Positions 9,020 to 19,295 of a stretch of DNA of 64,000 nucleotides are shown here, piece after piece. Location of the stretch: assembly GCA_963769885.1 (NCBI GenBank), contig CAVYNH010000006.1, forward strand, positions 576,001-640,000, in the 5' to 3' direction. Under the pieces are notes generated by a model. The model did no database searches. It saw only the letters and a list, made by a program, of their open reading frames with translations, and was not told the origin of the DNA. A program made the translations under genes and the position numbers. Source of the stretch: Methanobacteriota archaeon (GTDB taxonomy: Archaea; Thermoplasmatota; E2; DHVEG-1). The first letter of the stretch is position 1, and every line of letters starts with the position of its first letter.

Positions 9020-11740
9020 ATGAAGAAAACAAATAATTTAGTAATGGGGATAGTAGTCCTGGCAATGTTATTTGCCACATTCTCAAGTGCAAACGGAATA
9101 ATGACAAAGAAAGGCTCTGAGACGCTCAACGAACGGTACATCAGCGTCTCGGACTCAACGATTTTGCTCAAATTATGGGACGTAAAAACCGGCGCGGAAG
9201 TCGTGCCCTATTACGCCATCAGCCTTAATGATGGAGCCACGTACGTCAGAACCGTCCAGGCGTCGTACGAGCTGGGGCTGCGGTATGCGCATTTCGATCC
9301 CTTGGTCAGCACCCCAACCGTTCGATCCATGCTGTCGTCCGGCCCGGATACTCATCTCTACATCGTGCAATTCGTGTGCCAGCCTCTAGAGAACTTCAAG
9401 AGCGCGATCGAGTCCCTTGGCGGGCATGTCCGGCAGTATATCGCCCAATACGCCTACCTGGTTGACATGAGCCAGACCGTGAAGACTCAGGTCCAGTCCT
9501 TGCCCTATGTGAGATGGATCGGCCCGTACCAGCCCGCGTATAAGCTTGACGAGTTCATGCTGCAGAACCTCGACAACGCACAGACCGCGTACCCGTCACA
9601 AAGCTACAACATCCAAGTTCATTCTCTCGAGATGAAAGAAGTGGTTGCCGACAAGATCGCCGCGCTCGGCGGCACGCAGGTCTGGGCAGATGCCGGCAAA
9701 GTACTCGTCCAGGCGACGCTCACTCCGGAGCAGCTGTTCCAAGTCGCCCGCTACGATGAAGTGAACTTCATCGACCGCTGGAGCCCCTACGAGCAGGATA
9801 TGGATATCACCCGCGTCATCAGCGGCGCAAACTACATCGAGACTGCCGGCGGCTTCAACGGCACAGGCGTCCGCGGAGAGGTCTTCGACGGGGGCGTCAA
9901 CCGCAACCACGTCGACTTCCAACTCCATCCCTTGATCGTGCACGGGCCCTCCTGCGGCAGCGACTCCCATGGGTCAGCGACCACGGGCATCTGCTTTGGG
10001 ACGGGAACAGGCGACCCCAAGGGTCGCGGGCTGTGCCCCGACGGCCAGGGGATTGTGGCTGATTACAATGTGATTGGTCTGTCAGGCGCTAGCCGGTACG
10101 CTCATGATCTCGAGATGGCGCAGGATCCCTGGGACTGCGTCTTCCAATCCTCAAGCGTCGGGGACGCTCAAGTGACCCAATACACGACCATCTCCGCGGA
10201 CACGGATGCCGCGATCTTCGATTCCGATGTTGTTCACTGCCAGTCCCAAAGCAATATGGGAACTCAGTATTCCCGTCCGCAGGCCTGGGCGAAAAACATG
10301 ATCTCCGTCGGCGCAGTTTACCATTATGACACGCTAACCCGGACTGACGATATGTGGAACGGCGGGGCGAGCATCGGTCCCGCAAGCGACAATAGGATCA
10401 AGCCGGACCTGTTGTTCTTCTATGACATGATTTACACCGTCGGCTACCCAGGCAACACTGCTTACACCGCGTCGTTTGGCGGAACTAGCGGCGCGACGCC
10501 GCAGACCGCCGGCTGCGTGGGCCTGTTCTTCCAGATGTGGTCCCAAGGGATCTTCGGCAACCCCGTGACCCCGGGCGCGACCGTCTTCCAGAACAAGTGC
10601 CATTTTACGACCGCCAAGGCGATGATGATTGACACTGCCTACCAGTACCCCTTCAACGGGACGAGCGGCGACAAGATCCGCTGTCACCAGGGATGGGGCA
10701 TGCCGAACCTGACGACCATGTATGACCGACGCAATCAGTTCTATACGGTCGATGAGACCGACATCCTCGCTCCGTTCCAGACCGGCACCCACACGGTCTG
10801 CGTCGCCGCTGGGCAGCCGGAGCTGAAGGTCGTCATGACCTACGCGGACGTACCCGGGAACCCCTCGGTCCAGACCCAGCACCGCATCAACGATCTGACG
10901 CTGAAGGTCACTTCGCCGTCTAGCACGGTCTACTGGGGGAACGGCGGTCTCTATGAGCATATCTATTCCACGCCTGGCGGCAGCGCCGACACGAAGAACA
11001 CCGTGGAGTGCGTGTTCGTCCAGAACCCTGAGCCCGGGGTATGGACGCTTCAGGTCTCTGCCGATGAGATTCTCGCGGACACCCATGTAGAGACCCCCGC
11101 GATGGATGCTGATTATGCCTTGGTCGCCAGCCCCGTGATGGGAGGACCTCAGCCGCCGACCATCAATGGGTCATCAGAAGCCTACGTCGGAATTCCCGCG
11201 AACTACACGGTTGTCTCCAGCGACCCCCTCGGAGGGGACCTCTACTATCGGATCGATTGGGGCGATGGGAATATGACGGACTGGTTCGGACCTTTCGCAT
11301 CAGGCGTCCCGGCTCCTGCCTCCCATACCTGGATGATGGCGGGCGACTACTCGATCATCGCGAAGGTCAAGACCGCGACCGCTGAGAGCGGCAACTCCAC
11401 TCCCTTCCCTGTGACGGTCTACGGTCCCGTCCTCTCCCTGAGCACGATGACGGGCGGGCTGTTTTTTGTAAAGACGAAGATAACGAACATCGGTGAGTTA
11501 GAGGCTCGGAACGTGAGCTGGAGCATCGATCTCGACGGCAAACTCGTCCTCCTCGGAAGGCACTCCAATGGGACCGCCGGCAACATCCCGGTGGGCGGCA
11601 ACGTGACCGTCAAGTCGAAGTTCATCCTCGGCTTTGGGTCGAGCCATTTCACCGCTACCGCAGTCGAATACTACGGGTATACTGCCTCGAGGAAACAGTC
11701 GGGAATGCTCTTGGGCTTCTTCATCAAGGTGAACCCGTAG
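9020..11740 (+). CDS. Secreted S8 (subtilisin-like) serine peptidase with PKD and the shared C-terminal domain
   Basis: Catalytic triad contexts VFDGG, DSHGSATTG and GGTSGATP; RIKPDL; propeptide region; YRIDWGD. Confidence 0.9.
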   Translation: MKKTNNLVMGIVVLAMLFATFSSANGIMTKKGSETLNERYISVSDSTILLKLWDVKTGAEVVPYYAISLNDGATYVRTVQASYELGLRYAHFDPLVSTPTVRSMLSSGPDTHLYIVQFVCQPLENFKSAIESLGGHVRQYIAQYAYLVDMSQTVKTQVQSLPYVRWIGPYQPAYKLDEFMLQNLDNAQTAYPSQSYNIQVHSLEMKEVVADKIAALGGTQVWADAGKVLVQATLTPEQLFQVARYDEVNFIDRWSPYEQDMDITRVISGANYIETAGGFNGTGVRGEVFDGGVNRNHVDFQLHPLIVHGPSCGSDSHGSATTGICFGTGTGDPKGRGLCPDGQGIVADYNVIGLSGASRYAHDLEMAQDPWDCVFQSSSVGDAQVTQYTTISADTDAAIFDSDVVHCQSQSNMGTQYSRPQAWAKNMISVGAVYHYDTLTRTDDMWNGGASIGPASDNRIKPDLLFFYDMIYTVGYPGNTAYTASFGGTSGATPQTAGCVGLFFQMWSQGIFGNPVTPGATVFQNKCHFTTAKAMMIDTAYQYPFNGTSGDKIRCHQGWGMPNLTTMYDRRNQFYTVDETDILAPFQTGTHTVCVAAGQPELKVVMTYADVPGNPSVQTQHRINDLTLKVTSPSSTVYWGNGGLYEHIYSTPGGSADTKNTVECVFVQNPEPGVWTLQVSADEILADTHVETPAMDADYALVASPVMGGPQPPTINGSSEAYVGIPANYTVVSSDPLGGDLYYRIDWGDGNMTDWFGPFASGVPAPASHTWMMAGDYSIIAKVKTATAESGNSTPFPVTVYGPVLSLSTMTGGLFFVKTKITNIGELEARNVSWSIDLDGKLVLLGRHSNGTAGNIPVGGNVTVKSKFILGFGSSHFTATAVEYYGYTASRKQSGMLLGFFIKVNP

Positions 11741-11744
11741 GGAA

Positions 11745-11790
11745 GGCTAAAGGGCTCTTTAGCCCCTCTCCTCTTTTTTTCTTTCTTCTG
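11745..11790 (+). terminator. Hairpin followed by a T-tract
   Basis: ggctaaag-ggct-ctttagcc followed by a pyrimidine/T run. Confidence 0.6.
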
Positions 11791-11841
11791 CCTGAGCCAC
11801 AAGCAGTTTCAAAGAAACAATTTTTTTTTTAAAAAAACTAA

Positions 11842-11880
11842 CGGCCAGAGTAGGATAGTGCTAGGCCAATAGGAGGAATC
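11842..11880. repeat. Degenerate att-like junction copy
   Basis: taggatagtgctaggccaataggagga aligns without gaps to caggaagcgacgaggtcaacaggagaa at 22433. Confidence 0.45.
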
Positions 11881-12039
11881 TGAAGGGATAGAACGCACTA
11901 ATTAGCATGCCGGTTCCTGGAGCTGATGAGATTTGACTTTTTCGCTCCTTAAGTATTTACTTTAAAATCATCAGGAAATTAATATAAATACGAAATTAGA
12001 TGATAAAGCATATTTAGTTCAAGGGAGGAATACAAGAAT

Positions 12040-14028
12040 ATGAGAAGGTTATCTGTTGTCTTAATAGTAAGTCTGCTGATGATAAGCTGGGTACCAATCC
12101 TAAGTGCCCAATGGACTTCCAATCCCGCTGAAAACACGGCAATTACCATGATGGGTGGCGAACAGGCGCTGCCGAAGATCGCTGTTGATAGCGCCGGGTA
12201 TGCATACATCTCATGGTTTTCAATAGAAGGGGGGAATTATAATGTGCGGATGCAGCGTCTGGATCGTGATGGCAATGCGCTGTGGGGCGCAAATGGTGTG
12301 TTGGTCAGCGGCCAGCCTCAAGCGAGCTCGCTGACCGACTACGACCTGACCGTTGATTCGGCTGGGTATTCGGTTGTCACCTTTTCCGACATACGCACAG
12401 GTCAACTGAATCCTGTCGGGTATCGAGTTGCTCCGAACGGTACCATGATGTGGGGTCCGACCGGCGTCCTGCTTACAAACGACACCAACTATGACCCGAG
12501 CCCAAAAGTGTGCACCACGCCCGCTGGAAACAGCGTTTTTGCATGGCAAAGCTGTCCGGATACCGGCAACTATCAAGTCCGTCTGCAAAAAGTCTCGCCG
12601 GCCGGACAGAAGTTATGGGGGAACAGCATCATCATGACGCAATCTGGTGTTGATTATGTTTCCCCGTACTTGCAGCCGGCGGAGAACGACAGCGTGTACG
12701 TGATCTGGCATAAGGCGACCGGCTCGCACCTCTATCCCAATCGTGGGCTCTATGTGCAGAAGCTCGATGCGAACGGGAATTTCATGTGGGCATCGGCCCT
12801 GGAAATCTACGCCCCGGTCCCAGAGGGTCCGGTGGTGAATCTCCAGATGTGCAGGGACGATGTCGGAGGAATTATCTTCACTTGGTATCTTTCTACCGAC
12901 ATTAGCCACTTTTACTGTTATGTGCAGCGGATGGATGCCAATGGTACGATCAGCATGCCTGCCAATGGCGTGCTCGCGTCGACGTCGACGGCACGGATTC
13001 ACATGTATCCAACGCCGGCCTTTTTGAGCCAGACCCGTCAGATCGTCCTCTTCTTCAGCGAGCAGGATTTAAACCAGATTATGCGCGGCATGTATGCTCA
13101 GAAATTCGACCTTCAGGGCAACCGACTGTGGGGTGACGAAGGGAAAGAGTTGATTGGGCTTTCGAATAATGATTACTTCCTCCTGTTTGCTGGTGGGAAT
13201 GACAACAAGGCGATTTGCACCTATCAGGCTGCTGAACCTGGAAGTAGTCCCTATACCAAAATCCAGGCCGTGATGCTCGACGATTCGGGGAATTTCACGT
13301 GGCCGGGGCATTTCGTTGATCTGTGCACTGTTCTAAGCTCGAAGCTGCACAACGTGATGAGCCAGTATTATATGGGGCAATGGGTCGCGGTGTGGGAAGA
13401 CCTACGCAACGATGACGGGGATATCTATGCCCAGAACATCCAGCCAGACGGCACCCTTGGTCCTGTGGTGAACCAGCCTCCTGTCGCTGATTTCACCTGG
13501 ACGCCGTCCGACCCCTCGCCTGGCGAGGCCGTGCAGTTCACCGACCTTTCGCATGATCCCGTCGGGGATATCGTGAATTGGTCGTGGGATTTCGGCGATG
13601 GCAACACGAGTTTCGCTCAGAATCCGACGCATCTATACACACTGCCGGGGATGTACACGGTCAGCCTGATGGTGACCGATAACGATGGCGCCAATGGCAG
13701 CGTCTCGAAGAACCTTACCGTGATCAATCCGTACCTCAACATCACCATCAAACCCGGTGTCGGTCTTGGCATCACAGTGATTTTCAACAACAGCGGGCCA
13801 ACCGCCGTGCTCAAGGAGCCCTATGAGATCACGGTGAAAGGGGGAGTCCTCGGGCGTATCAACAAGCGTGTGAATGATACCGTCGATATCCCCGCTGGTG
13901 GGTCGACACCCGTCAAGACAGGGATGCTGTTCGGGTTCGGGGCGCTCAAGATCACCGCGAAGCTCGCTGACAAAGAACAGACCGCAACCGGAACGCAGAT
14001 CATCATCTTGACACTGGTGAAGAAATAG
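12040..14028 (+). CDS. Secreted repeat protein with a PKD domain and the shared C-terminal domain
   Basis: Signal peptide; repeated YxQR/KLDxxGNxLW units; WSWDFGDG PKD motif. Confidence 0.8.
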   Translation: MRRLSVVLIVSLLMISWVPILSAQWTSNPAENTAITMMGGEQALPKIAVDSAGYAYISWFSIEGGNYNVRMQRLDRDGNALWGANGVLVSGQPQASSLTDYDLTVDSAGYSVVTFSDIRTGQLNPVGYRVAPNGTMMWGPTGVLLTNDTNYDPSPKVCTTPAGNSVFAWQSCPDTGNYQVRLQKVSPAGQKLWGNSIIMTQSGVDYVSPYLQPAENDSVYVIWHKATGSHLYPNRGLYVQKLDANGNFMWASALEIYAPVPEGPVVNLQMCRDDVGGIIFTWYLSTDISHFYCYVQRMDANGTISMPANGVLASTSTARIHMYPTPAFLSQTRQIVLFFSEQDLNQIMRGMYAQKFDLQGNRLWGDEGKELIGLSNNDYFLLFAGGNDNKAICTYQAAEPGSSPYTKIQAVMLDDSGNFTWPGHFVDLCTVLSSKLHNVMSQYYMGQWVAVWEDLRNDDGDIYAQNIQPDGTLGPVVNQPPVADFTWTPSDPSPGEAVQFTDLSHDPVGDIVNWSWDFGDGNTSFAQNPTHLYTLPGMYTVSLMVTDNDGANGSVSKNLTVINPYLNITIKPGVGLGITVIFNNSGPTAVLKEPYEITVKGGVLGRINKRVNDTVDIPAGGSTPVKTGMLFGFGALKITAKLADKEQTATGTQIIILTLVKK

Positions 14029-14065
14029 GGAAGACGACTTCCCTTTCTCCCTTCTTTTCTTTTTA
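14027..14065 (+). terminator. Hairpin followed by a pyrimidine tract
   Basis: agggaag-acga-cttccct followed by a long T/C run. Confidence 0.6.
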
Positions 14066-14089
14066 AATTTCTTACGATAGCCTAGCTTC

Positions 14090-14146
14090 TTTTCCTGTTG
14101 CAGGAATGGGCCCGGCATGGTCCGGTTCCCGTCAACAGGAGAAAAT
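14090..14146. repeat. att-like junction: tRNA-Ile 3' core inside an inverted repeat
   Basis: tgggcccggca (11 bp identical to the tRNA-Ile 3' end) plus gtcaacaggagaaaat (16 bp identical to 22447-22462); tcctgttg/caacagga inverted repeat. Confidence 0.7.
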
Positions 14147-14414
14147 CGGATCGACAAACCCCTGTTTTTGGCCAGTGTCGATTTGCCAACCTTGGTATCA
14201 ATCTACCCTCTTTTTTTCTTTTTATGTACTTTTCAAAGCGCTTGATATTCCGCAGGGTAATGAGCCAAAATCAAATTCCCATACTGGTTAATAGTCGGGG
14301 GTGGGAGTAATAGAAAAAACCGTCTTCTCCAGTAGAAGGAATTTAATTTCTTCCAAACATTTAAATGAATTAACAGACATTATATCCGTAATGAATAAGG
14401 GCGGGAAAGACCAC

Positions 14415-16730
14415 ATGAGAACTACTCTCTGGACCAAAATAGTTGTTATAAGCATCATCCTCTTTCTCGGCACAGGTGTTGTCCCGGCAATCAACGGAAA
14501 CATCGAGCATAATGTGCAAGGTAGTCAATCAATAAAAACGATGCAACTTTCATCGTCCGCACTTACCTTTGACCAGACCTCTATTGCGTCACTTGCAAAC
14601 CCAGACGAACTGCCAATTGAAAAAATCGTCTCTAACAACGTCTACGTACAATCACCAAATCATCGACCGATTCTCGAATCGAATAACACCATGATTACCC
14701 AACCCTTAGACAACGATATCTATCGCACAGGGGATCTTATCGACATCGAAGGAACCGCAGACGGCGCAAATTTCCAATACTACACCGTCGACTGGGGGAT
14801 TGGCGAAAACCCCAGCCAATGGAACACTACCGGCATCACTCTCACCAACGACGGCCAAGAACCTATCGCCAACAACACCCTCGCCACCTGGAACACCAAC
14901 TTCGCCACCACCGCCAACTACTACACCCTCAGACTCACCGTCAATTACACCACCTCCCAAGACACCGCCCTCATCATCGACATCTACATCGACCCTGCCC
15001 TCAAACAAGGATGGCCACAACACATCCCCTTCGAATGGACCCCAGACGGCTTAACCTATTACTGGGCCGGATTACTTGAACCTGCCGTCGCTGACATCAA
15101 CAACGACGGCTACTCTGAAATCATCGCCTACAAAGGCGGAAACCCACCGAAACTGGATTGCTTCAGCCAAGACGGCACACTCCTCTGGGAAGCCCCCGTC
15201 GGAAACACAGATTCACCTGGTGGGAACCTCAACTACCCCGTCATCGGAGACGTCAATAACGACGGCTACGATGAAATCGTCGTCTTCCATTTCCTGCACT
15301 TCGACTTCGACCATTCACAAGTCTACGTCTTCGGCCACAACGGAGCAGTCCTACTCGGCTGGCCTGTCACACTCCCCAAAGAATTTCACGCGACAATCAT
15401 CATCGCCGATGTTAATAACGACGGATACCGGGATATCATTTTCAAAGGAAACGACGCCAAAAACCGAATGCTCATCGTCCTCGACCACACAGGATCAATA
15501 ATCACCCAATTTCCACTTTACCACGTAAATTGGGGAAGCTTCATCGAACCCTGCCCAACCGTCGGAAACTTCGACAGCGACCCAGAACTTGAAATTGTCA
15601 CCGCCGATCCTAGTGAATACGCCGGCTACAACTCGACCTCAGGACAATGGAACAACACCGGCGTCATTCACGTCTACAACCTCGACGGCACCGAAGTACC
15701 CGGATGGCCAGTTTACACCCCTGGTGTCATCTTCTCCTCGCCAGTTACTGCAGACATCAACAACGACGGCTACCCCGAAATCATCGTCGGACTCGAATTC
15801 GCCGGCGACGCACCCAACCCAGACTATGGCGGCCTCTACGTCTATGACCACAACGGCTATGTCCTCCCCGGCTTCCCCTTCGAAAAAGGCTGGAACTTCG
15901 CCTCCACACCCGCCGTCGCAGACTTCGACAACGACGGCTACCTCGAAATCACCGCCAGCCGACTCGGATTCTACACCTACGTCATCCACCACGACGGAAC
16001 ACTCGCAGCCGGATGGCCACAAACCACAATCTGGAACGACTACTACTCTACTATAGCCGGAGATGTCGACGGCGATCATATTCCCGACATCGTAACCACT
16101 GCTGGCAATGGATTCTGCCCCATCTACCAACCCGGCGGCGTCTATGCCTGGAAATACGACGGCACACCCATCCCCGGATTCCCCAAAGTCACTGAAGGCG
16201 ACGCACAAGCACCAGCCACTATCGCCGACATCGACAACGACGGCAAAGTCGAAATCATCGCCAGCTCCGACTGGGATATGGACTTCCAGACAGCCTCCTT
16301 CAAAGAACGAGGAACACTCTACGTTTGGGACATCAACACCACCTACAATCAAACCACGATGCTCTGGCCAACCTTCCACCTCAACACAGAACGCACCGGC
16401 ATGATCCCAACATCACCCATGCCATACCTCATAATTGGAAACATCACCGGAGGATTCTTTAAAATCAAATCAACCATCAACAATATAGGCACCGCACCAG
16501 CAACCACTATCCAATGGAACATCACGCTAACAGGCGGACTCATCCTCATAGGACGAAAAACAACCAGAACCATCTCAACGCTCAATCCCAGCATGGAACA
16601 AATCATTATGTCGAAAGCCATTATTGGTTTCGGAAAAACAGTGATCACCATCACGGCCGCCATACCAAGGATGACCGTGACAAAGCAACAGAACGCAACC
16701 GTGAGGTTGTTTTTCATTCACACGAACTAA
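14415..16730 (+). CDS. Secreted FG-GAP/VCBS-repeat beta-propeller protein with the shared C-terminal domain
   Basis: About seven P.xADINNDGYxEI repeats with GWP motifs; WPTFHLNTERTG. Confidence 0.85.
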   Translation: MRTTLWTKIVVISIILFLGTGVVPAINGNIEHNVQGSQSIKTMQLSSSALTFDQTSIASLANPDELPIEKIVSNNVYVQSPNHRPILESNNTMITQPLDNDIYRTGDLIDIEGTADGANFQYYTVDWGIGENPSQWNTTGITLTNDGQEPIANNTLATWNTNFATTANYYTLRLTVNYTTSQDTALIIDIYIDPALKQGWPQHIPFEWTPDGLTYYWAGLLEPAVADINNDGYSEIIAYKGGNPPKLDCFSQDGTLLWEAPVGNTDSPGGNLNYPVIGDVNNDGYDEIVVFHFLHFDFDHSQVYVFGHNGAVLLGWPVTLPKEFHATIIIADVNNDGYRDIIFKGNDAKNRMLIVLDHTGSIITQFPLYHVNWGSFIEPCPTVGNFDSDPELEIVTADPSEYAGYNSTSGQWNNTGVIHVYNLDGTEVPGWPVYTPGVIFSSPVTADINNDGYPEIIVGLEFAGDAPNPDYGGLYVYDHNGYVLPGFPFEKGWNFASTPAVADFDNDGYLEITASRLGFYTYVIHHDGTLAAGWPQTTIWNDYYSTIAGDVDGDHIPDIVTTAGNGFCPIYQPGGVYAWKYDGTPIPGFPKVTEGDAQAPATIADIDNDGKVEIIASSDWDMDFQTASFKERGTLYVWDINTTYNQTTMLWPTFHLNTERTGMIPTSPMPYLIIGNITGGFFKIKSTINNIGTAPATTIQWNITLTGGLILIGRKTTRTISTLNPSMEQIIMSKAIIGFGKTVITITAAIPRMTVTKQQNATVRLFFIHTN

Positions 16731-16747
16731 ACCAAACCCGAGCAACA

Positions 16748-16783
16748 AAAGAGATGCGGTCGGCAGGAAGCAGACAGGCGACC
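16748..16783. repeat. Degenerate att-like junction copy
   Basis: aaagagatgcggtcggcaggaagc versus aaatagatgggcccggcaggaagc at 22417; 11/14 match to the tRNA core. Confidence 0.55.
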
Positions 16784-16919
16784 GAGAGTAAGAGGAGGTG
16801 AAATATTCTGCTGCGTTGTGTGTTCTACTGCGTTTTTAAACCAATCAGGTTAAATATCACCGGAGGATTATAGATGTTTTACCCTTCAAGTTTTCTAGAA
16901 AATAAGGGAGGTAATATCA

Positions 16920-18189
16920 TTGTCCCTTGAAAGTCGACAGAGATTATTAATCGATAAAAAGCGGGTTGATGAAGTCAATGCTTTTTTTATGGATCCATCG
17001 AATAAGCTCATTCAAGATCTACTGGTGCTAGTAGAAAAATATGGAGGACCTGAGGAGATCAATCGAAAAGCACGGGAGAATGGCTCCATTGAATCGCTTC
17101 TGTCCCGTCTTCAAACGAAACACTCGCCGTATGTCAAGGATTTAGAATGGCTTTATAAACAGCGGGAAAAGCAGTCGTTCATTAGCGTGGATGAATACCG
17201 ACGGAGAATCCTCGGAGATCGAGTGAAGAAAATAACTGTTGATGAAGACTATGCAGTTACCCTTGAAATAAGCGCGTGTCAATATTTCCCTTTTTTTATG
17301 GTGGAAGCACGACAAGCACTTGAAAAAGAACAGTTGTTGCCAGGTCGTTTCATCCGTGTGCGTCGCATGAAGGAACAGGAACAAGACGACGACCTGCTCG
17401 CGATAAATGCTGCGATGCAGATTATTGGGGCGAGCTGGTGCGATACCTTGGATACGCGTGGAACTGATGGATCAAATGTTCATCTCGGAGGCCCAGAGAC
17501 CATTACAGGGTATTTTGGGGGTGTTGGGCAGCCAAATGACCATGCGATCCGCTGGGTAAATGAACTCCTCTACTACTACACCAACTATGGTGTACGTCAG
17601 GGTACTGAATGTCAATTCAGGGACGATTCTGTTGGGATATCTGCTCCATAAGCTCGGCATTGATATCGAGTTTAAGATTTCTGTCTTCATGGGGAATGAT
17701 AACCCGTATGCCGTGTTCTGGACGCTGATGGCTGCTCGGCTGTTTTCCCGGGATGACGGTTCCACCTCGTTAATCGGGTTCAACTTTTCAAACTCCGTGG
17801 ATAATCTCAGTATTGAGATGAGTGCTGACATCCGACGGTCTCTTGGGCTGGAGAGATACGTTCGATTTGAGCATCATATTCTGGAGACTTGGAAAAGCAT
17901 CGTCGTGCAACCGTATGATCGTCGGGAGGAGCTGTTAGATCTCGCCACAAAGGTGAAGAACATCAGCGCCAAGCATGAGGGTGGGGAACTCGTGGTGGAA
18001 CAACAACGGGCCCATCCCTCCGATATCCTTGACTATTTCCTTTCTAAGGAGGAAATCAACGAGAAAGGATTGATGTCCGATCTCCTCCAAAATTATCTGG
18101 ATAAACATGAGGCGATTAACAATACCGCGAAGGCGTTGACTGAAAAAGGTCTAGCATTTATTGCTGCATCAAAACTGCATCACAGGTAA
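16920..18189 (+). pseudogene. Uncharacterised enzyme-like gene of about 422 aa, split by one extra G at about 17600-17602
   Basis: GGAGGT RBS with TTG start; the two overlapping ORFs join as ...NYGVRQ|VLNVNSGT if one G of cag-g-gta is removed. Confidence 0.7.
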
Positions 18190-18199
18190 GGGATAATAC

Positions 18200-19243
18200 A
18201 TGCATTTCAAATTAGCGTTTATTGGCTTTGGAACCGTTGGACAAGGACTGGCTGAGATATTAGTAGAAAAAAAAGAGATGCTCTCGAAAAAATATGATTT
18301 CCAGTATACGGTTGTAGCCATTTCTGATATCATGAAAGGCTCTGTCTATGAGAAAGATGGTCTTGATTTGAAAAAGATCCTCGAACTCGTGAAAAAAGGG
18401 AAAAAGTTGGATGAGTACCCCGCCGGTAAGAAAGGTATGGATGGTCTCACGACAATCAAGGAAACGAATGCTGATACCATTATCGAGGTGACGTACACTG
18501 ATATAAAAACAGGTGAACCAGCGACGACGCACATCAAGACAGCTCTGAACGCTGGGAAGAATGTTGTCTCCACAAACAAAGGTCCGGTTGTTCGAGAGGC
18601 GAACGCTCTGTTAGATTTAGCTAGAAAGAAGGAGGTTCACTATGGTTTTGAGGGAGTTGTCCTCGCTGGAACACCTGCGTTAAATCTAGTCAAATACACT
18701 CTTGCAGGTACTAACATTAGGGGGTTCAAAGGGATATTGAATGGTACAACCAACTACATTTTAACCCGCATGGGCGAAGGCATGTCCTATGAAGATGCTT
18801 TGAAAAAAGCCCAAGCCCTTGGGTATGCTGAGGCCGATCCAACAGCAGATGTGGAAGGTATTGACGCAATGGGCAAAGTCGTTATTTTGACAAACGTCGT
18901 GTTAGAAAAAAATATTACAGTGAACGATGTACAAAGGAAAGGTATTACTGAAGTTACACAAAAGGATATCAAGGATGCAGCATCTGAAGGGAAATGCTGG
19001 AAATTAATTGGTAGTGCAGAGGTGCAAGCAAATGGCTCAGTGAAGGCAAGAGTCTGGCCTGAGAAACTGCCTTTGAGCGATCCGCTTGCAGGTGTGAGAG
19101 GTGCGACAAATGCGCTGACCTATTCCACTGATGAACTCGGTCCGGTCACGATTGTCGGACCCGGTGCTGGTCGCCGTGAGACAGGGTTTGCGTTGCTAAT
19201 CGATCTCTTAAACCTCAATCGCGAAATGCAAAAAACCCCTTGA
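18200..19243 (+). CDS. hom: Homoserine dehydrogenase (no ACT domain)
   Basis: IGFGTVGQG, VVSTNKGP, GILNGTTNYIL, GYAEADPTADVEGID and GPGAG..ET motifs. Confidence 0.92.
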   Translation: MHFKLAFIGFGTVGQGLAEILVEKKEMLSKKYDFQYTVVAISDIMKGSVYEKDGLDLKKILELVKKGKKLDEYPAGKKGMDGLTTIKETNADTIIEVTYTDIKTGEPATTHIKTALNAGKNVVSTNKGPVVREANALLDLARKKEVHYGFEGVVLAGTPALNLVKYTLAGTNIRGFKGILNGTTNYILTRMGEGMSYEDALKKAQALGYAEADPTADVEGIDAMGKVVILTNVVLEKNITVNDVQRKGITEVTQKDIKDAASEGKCWKLIGSAEVQANGSVKARVWPEKLPLSDPLAGVRGATNALTYSTDELGPVTIVGPGAGRRETGFALLIDLLNLNREMQKTP

Positions 19244-19295
19244 GAGAAAAAAGAATTCGCCCTTGGAGGATAGATAGAATGGACGGGGAAACTAC

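Noticed and set aside
14090-14146. Canonical integron attC site
   Set aside because: Lacks the RYYYAAC...GTTRRRY order and no intI is present; retained only as an att-like hairpin.
17590-17615. Programmed ribosomal frameshift
   Set aside because: No slippery heptamer or obvious stimulatory structure; a simple indel is more parsimonious.
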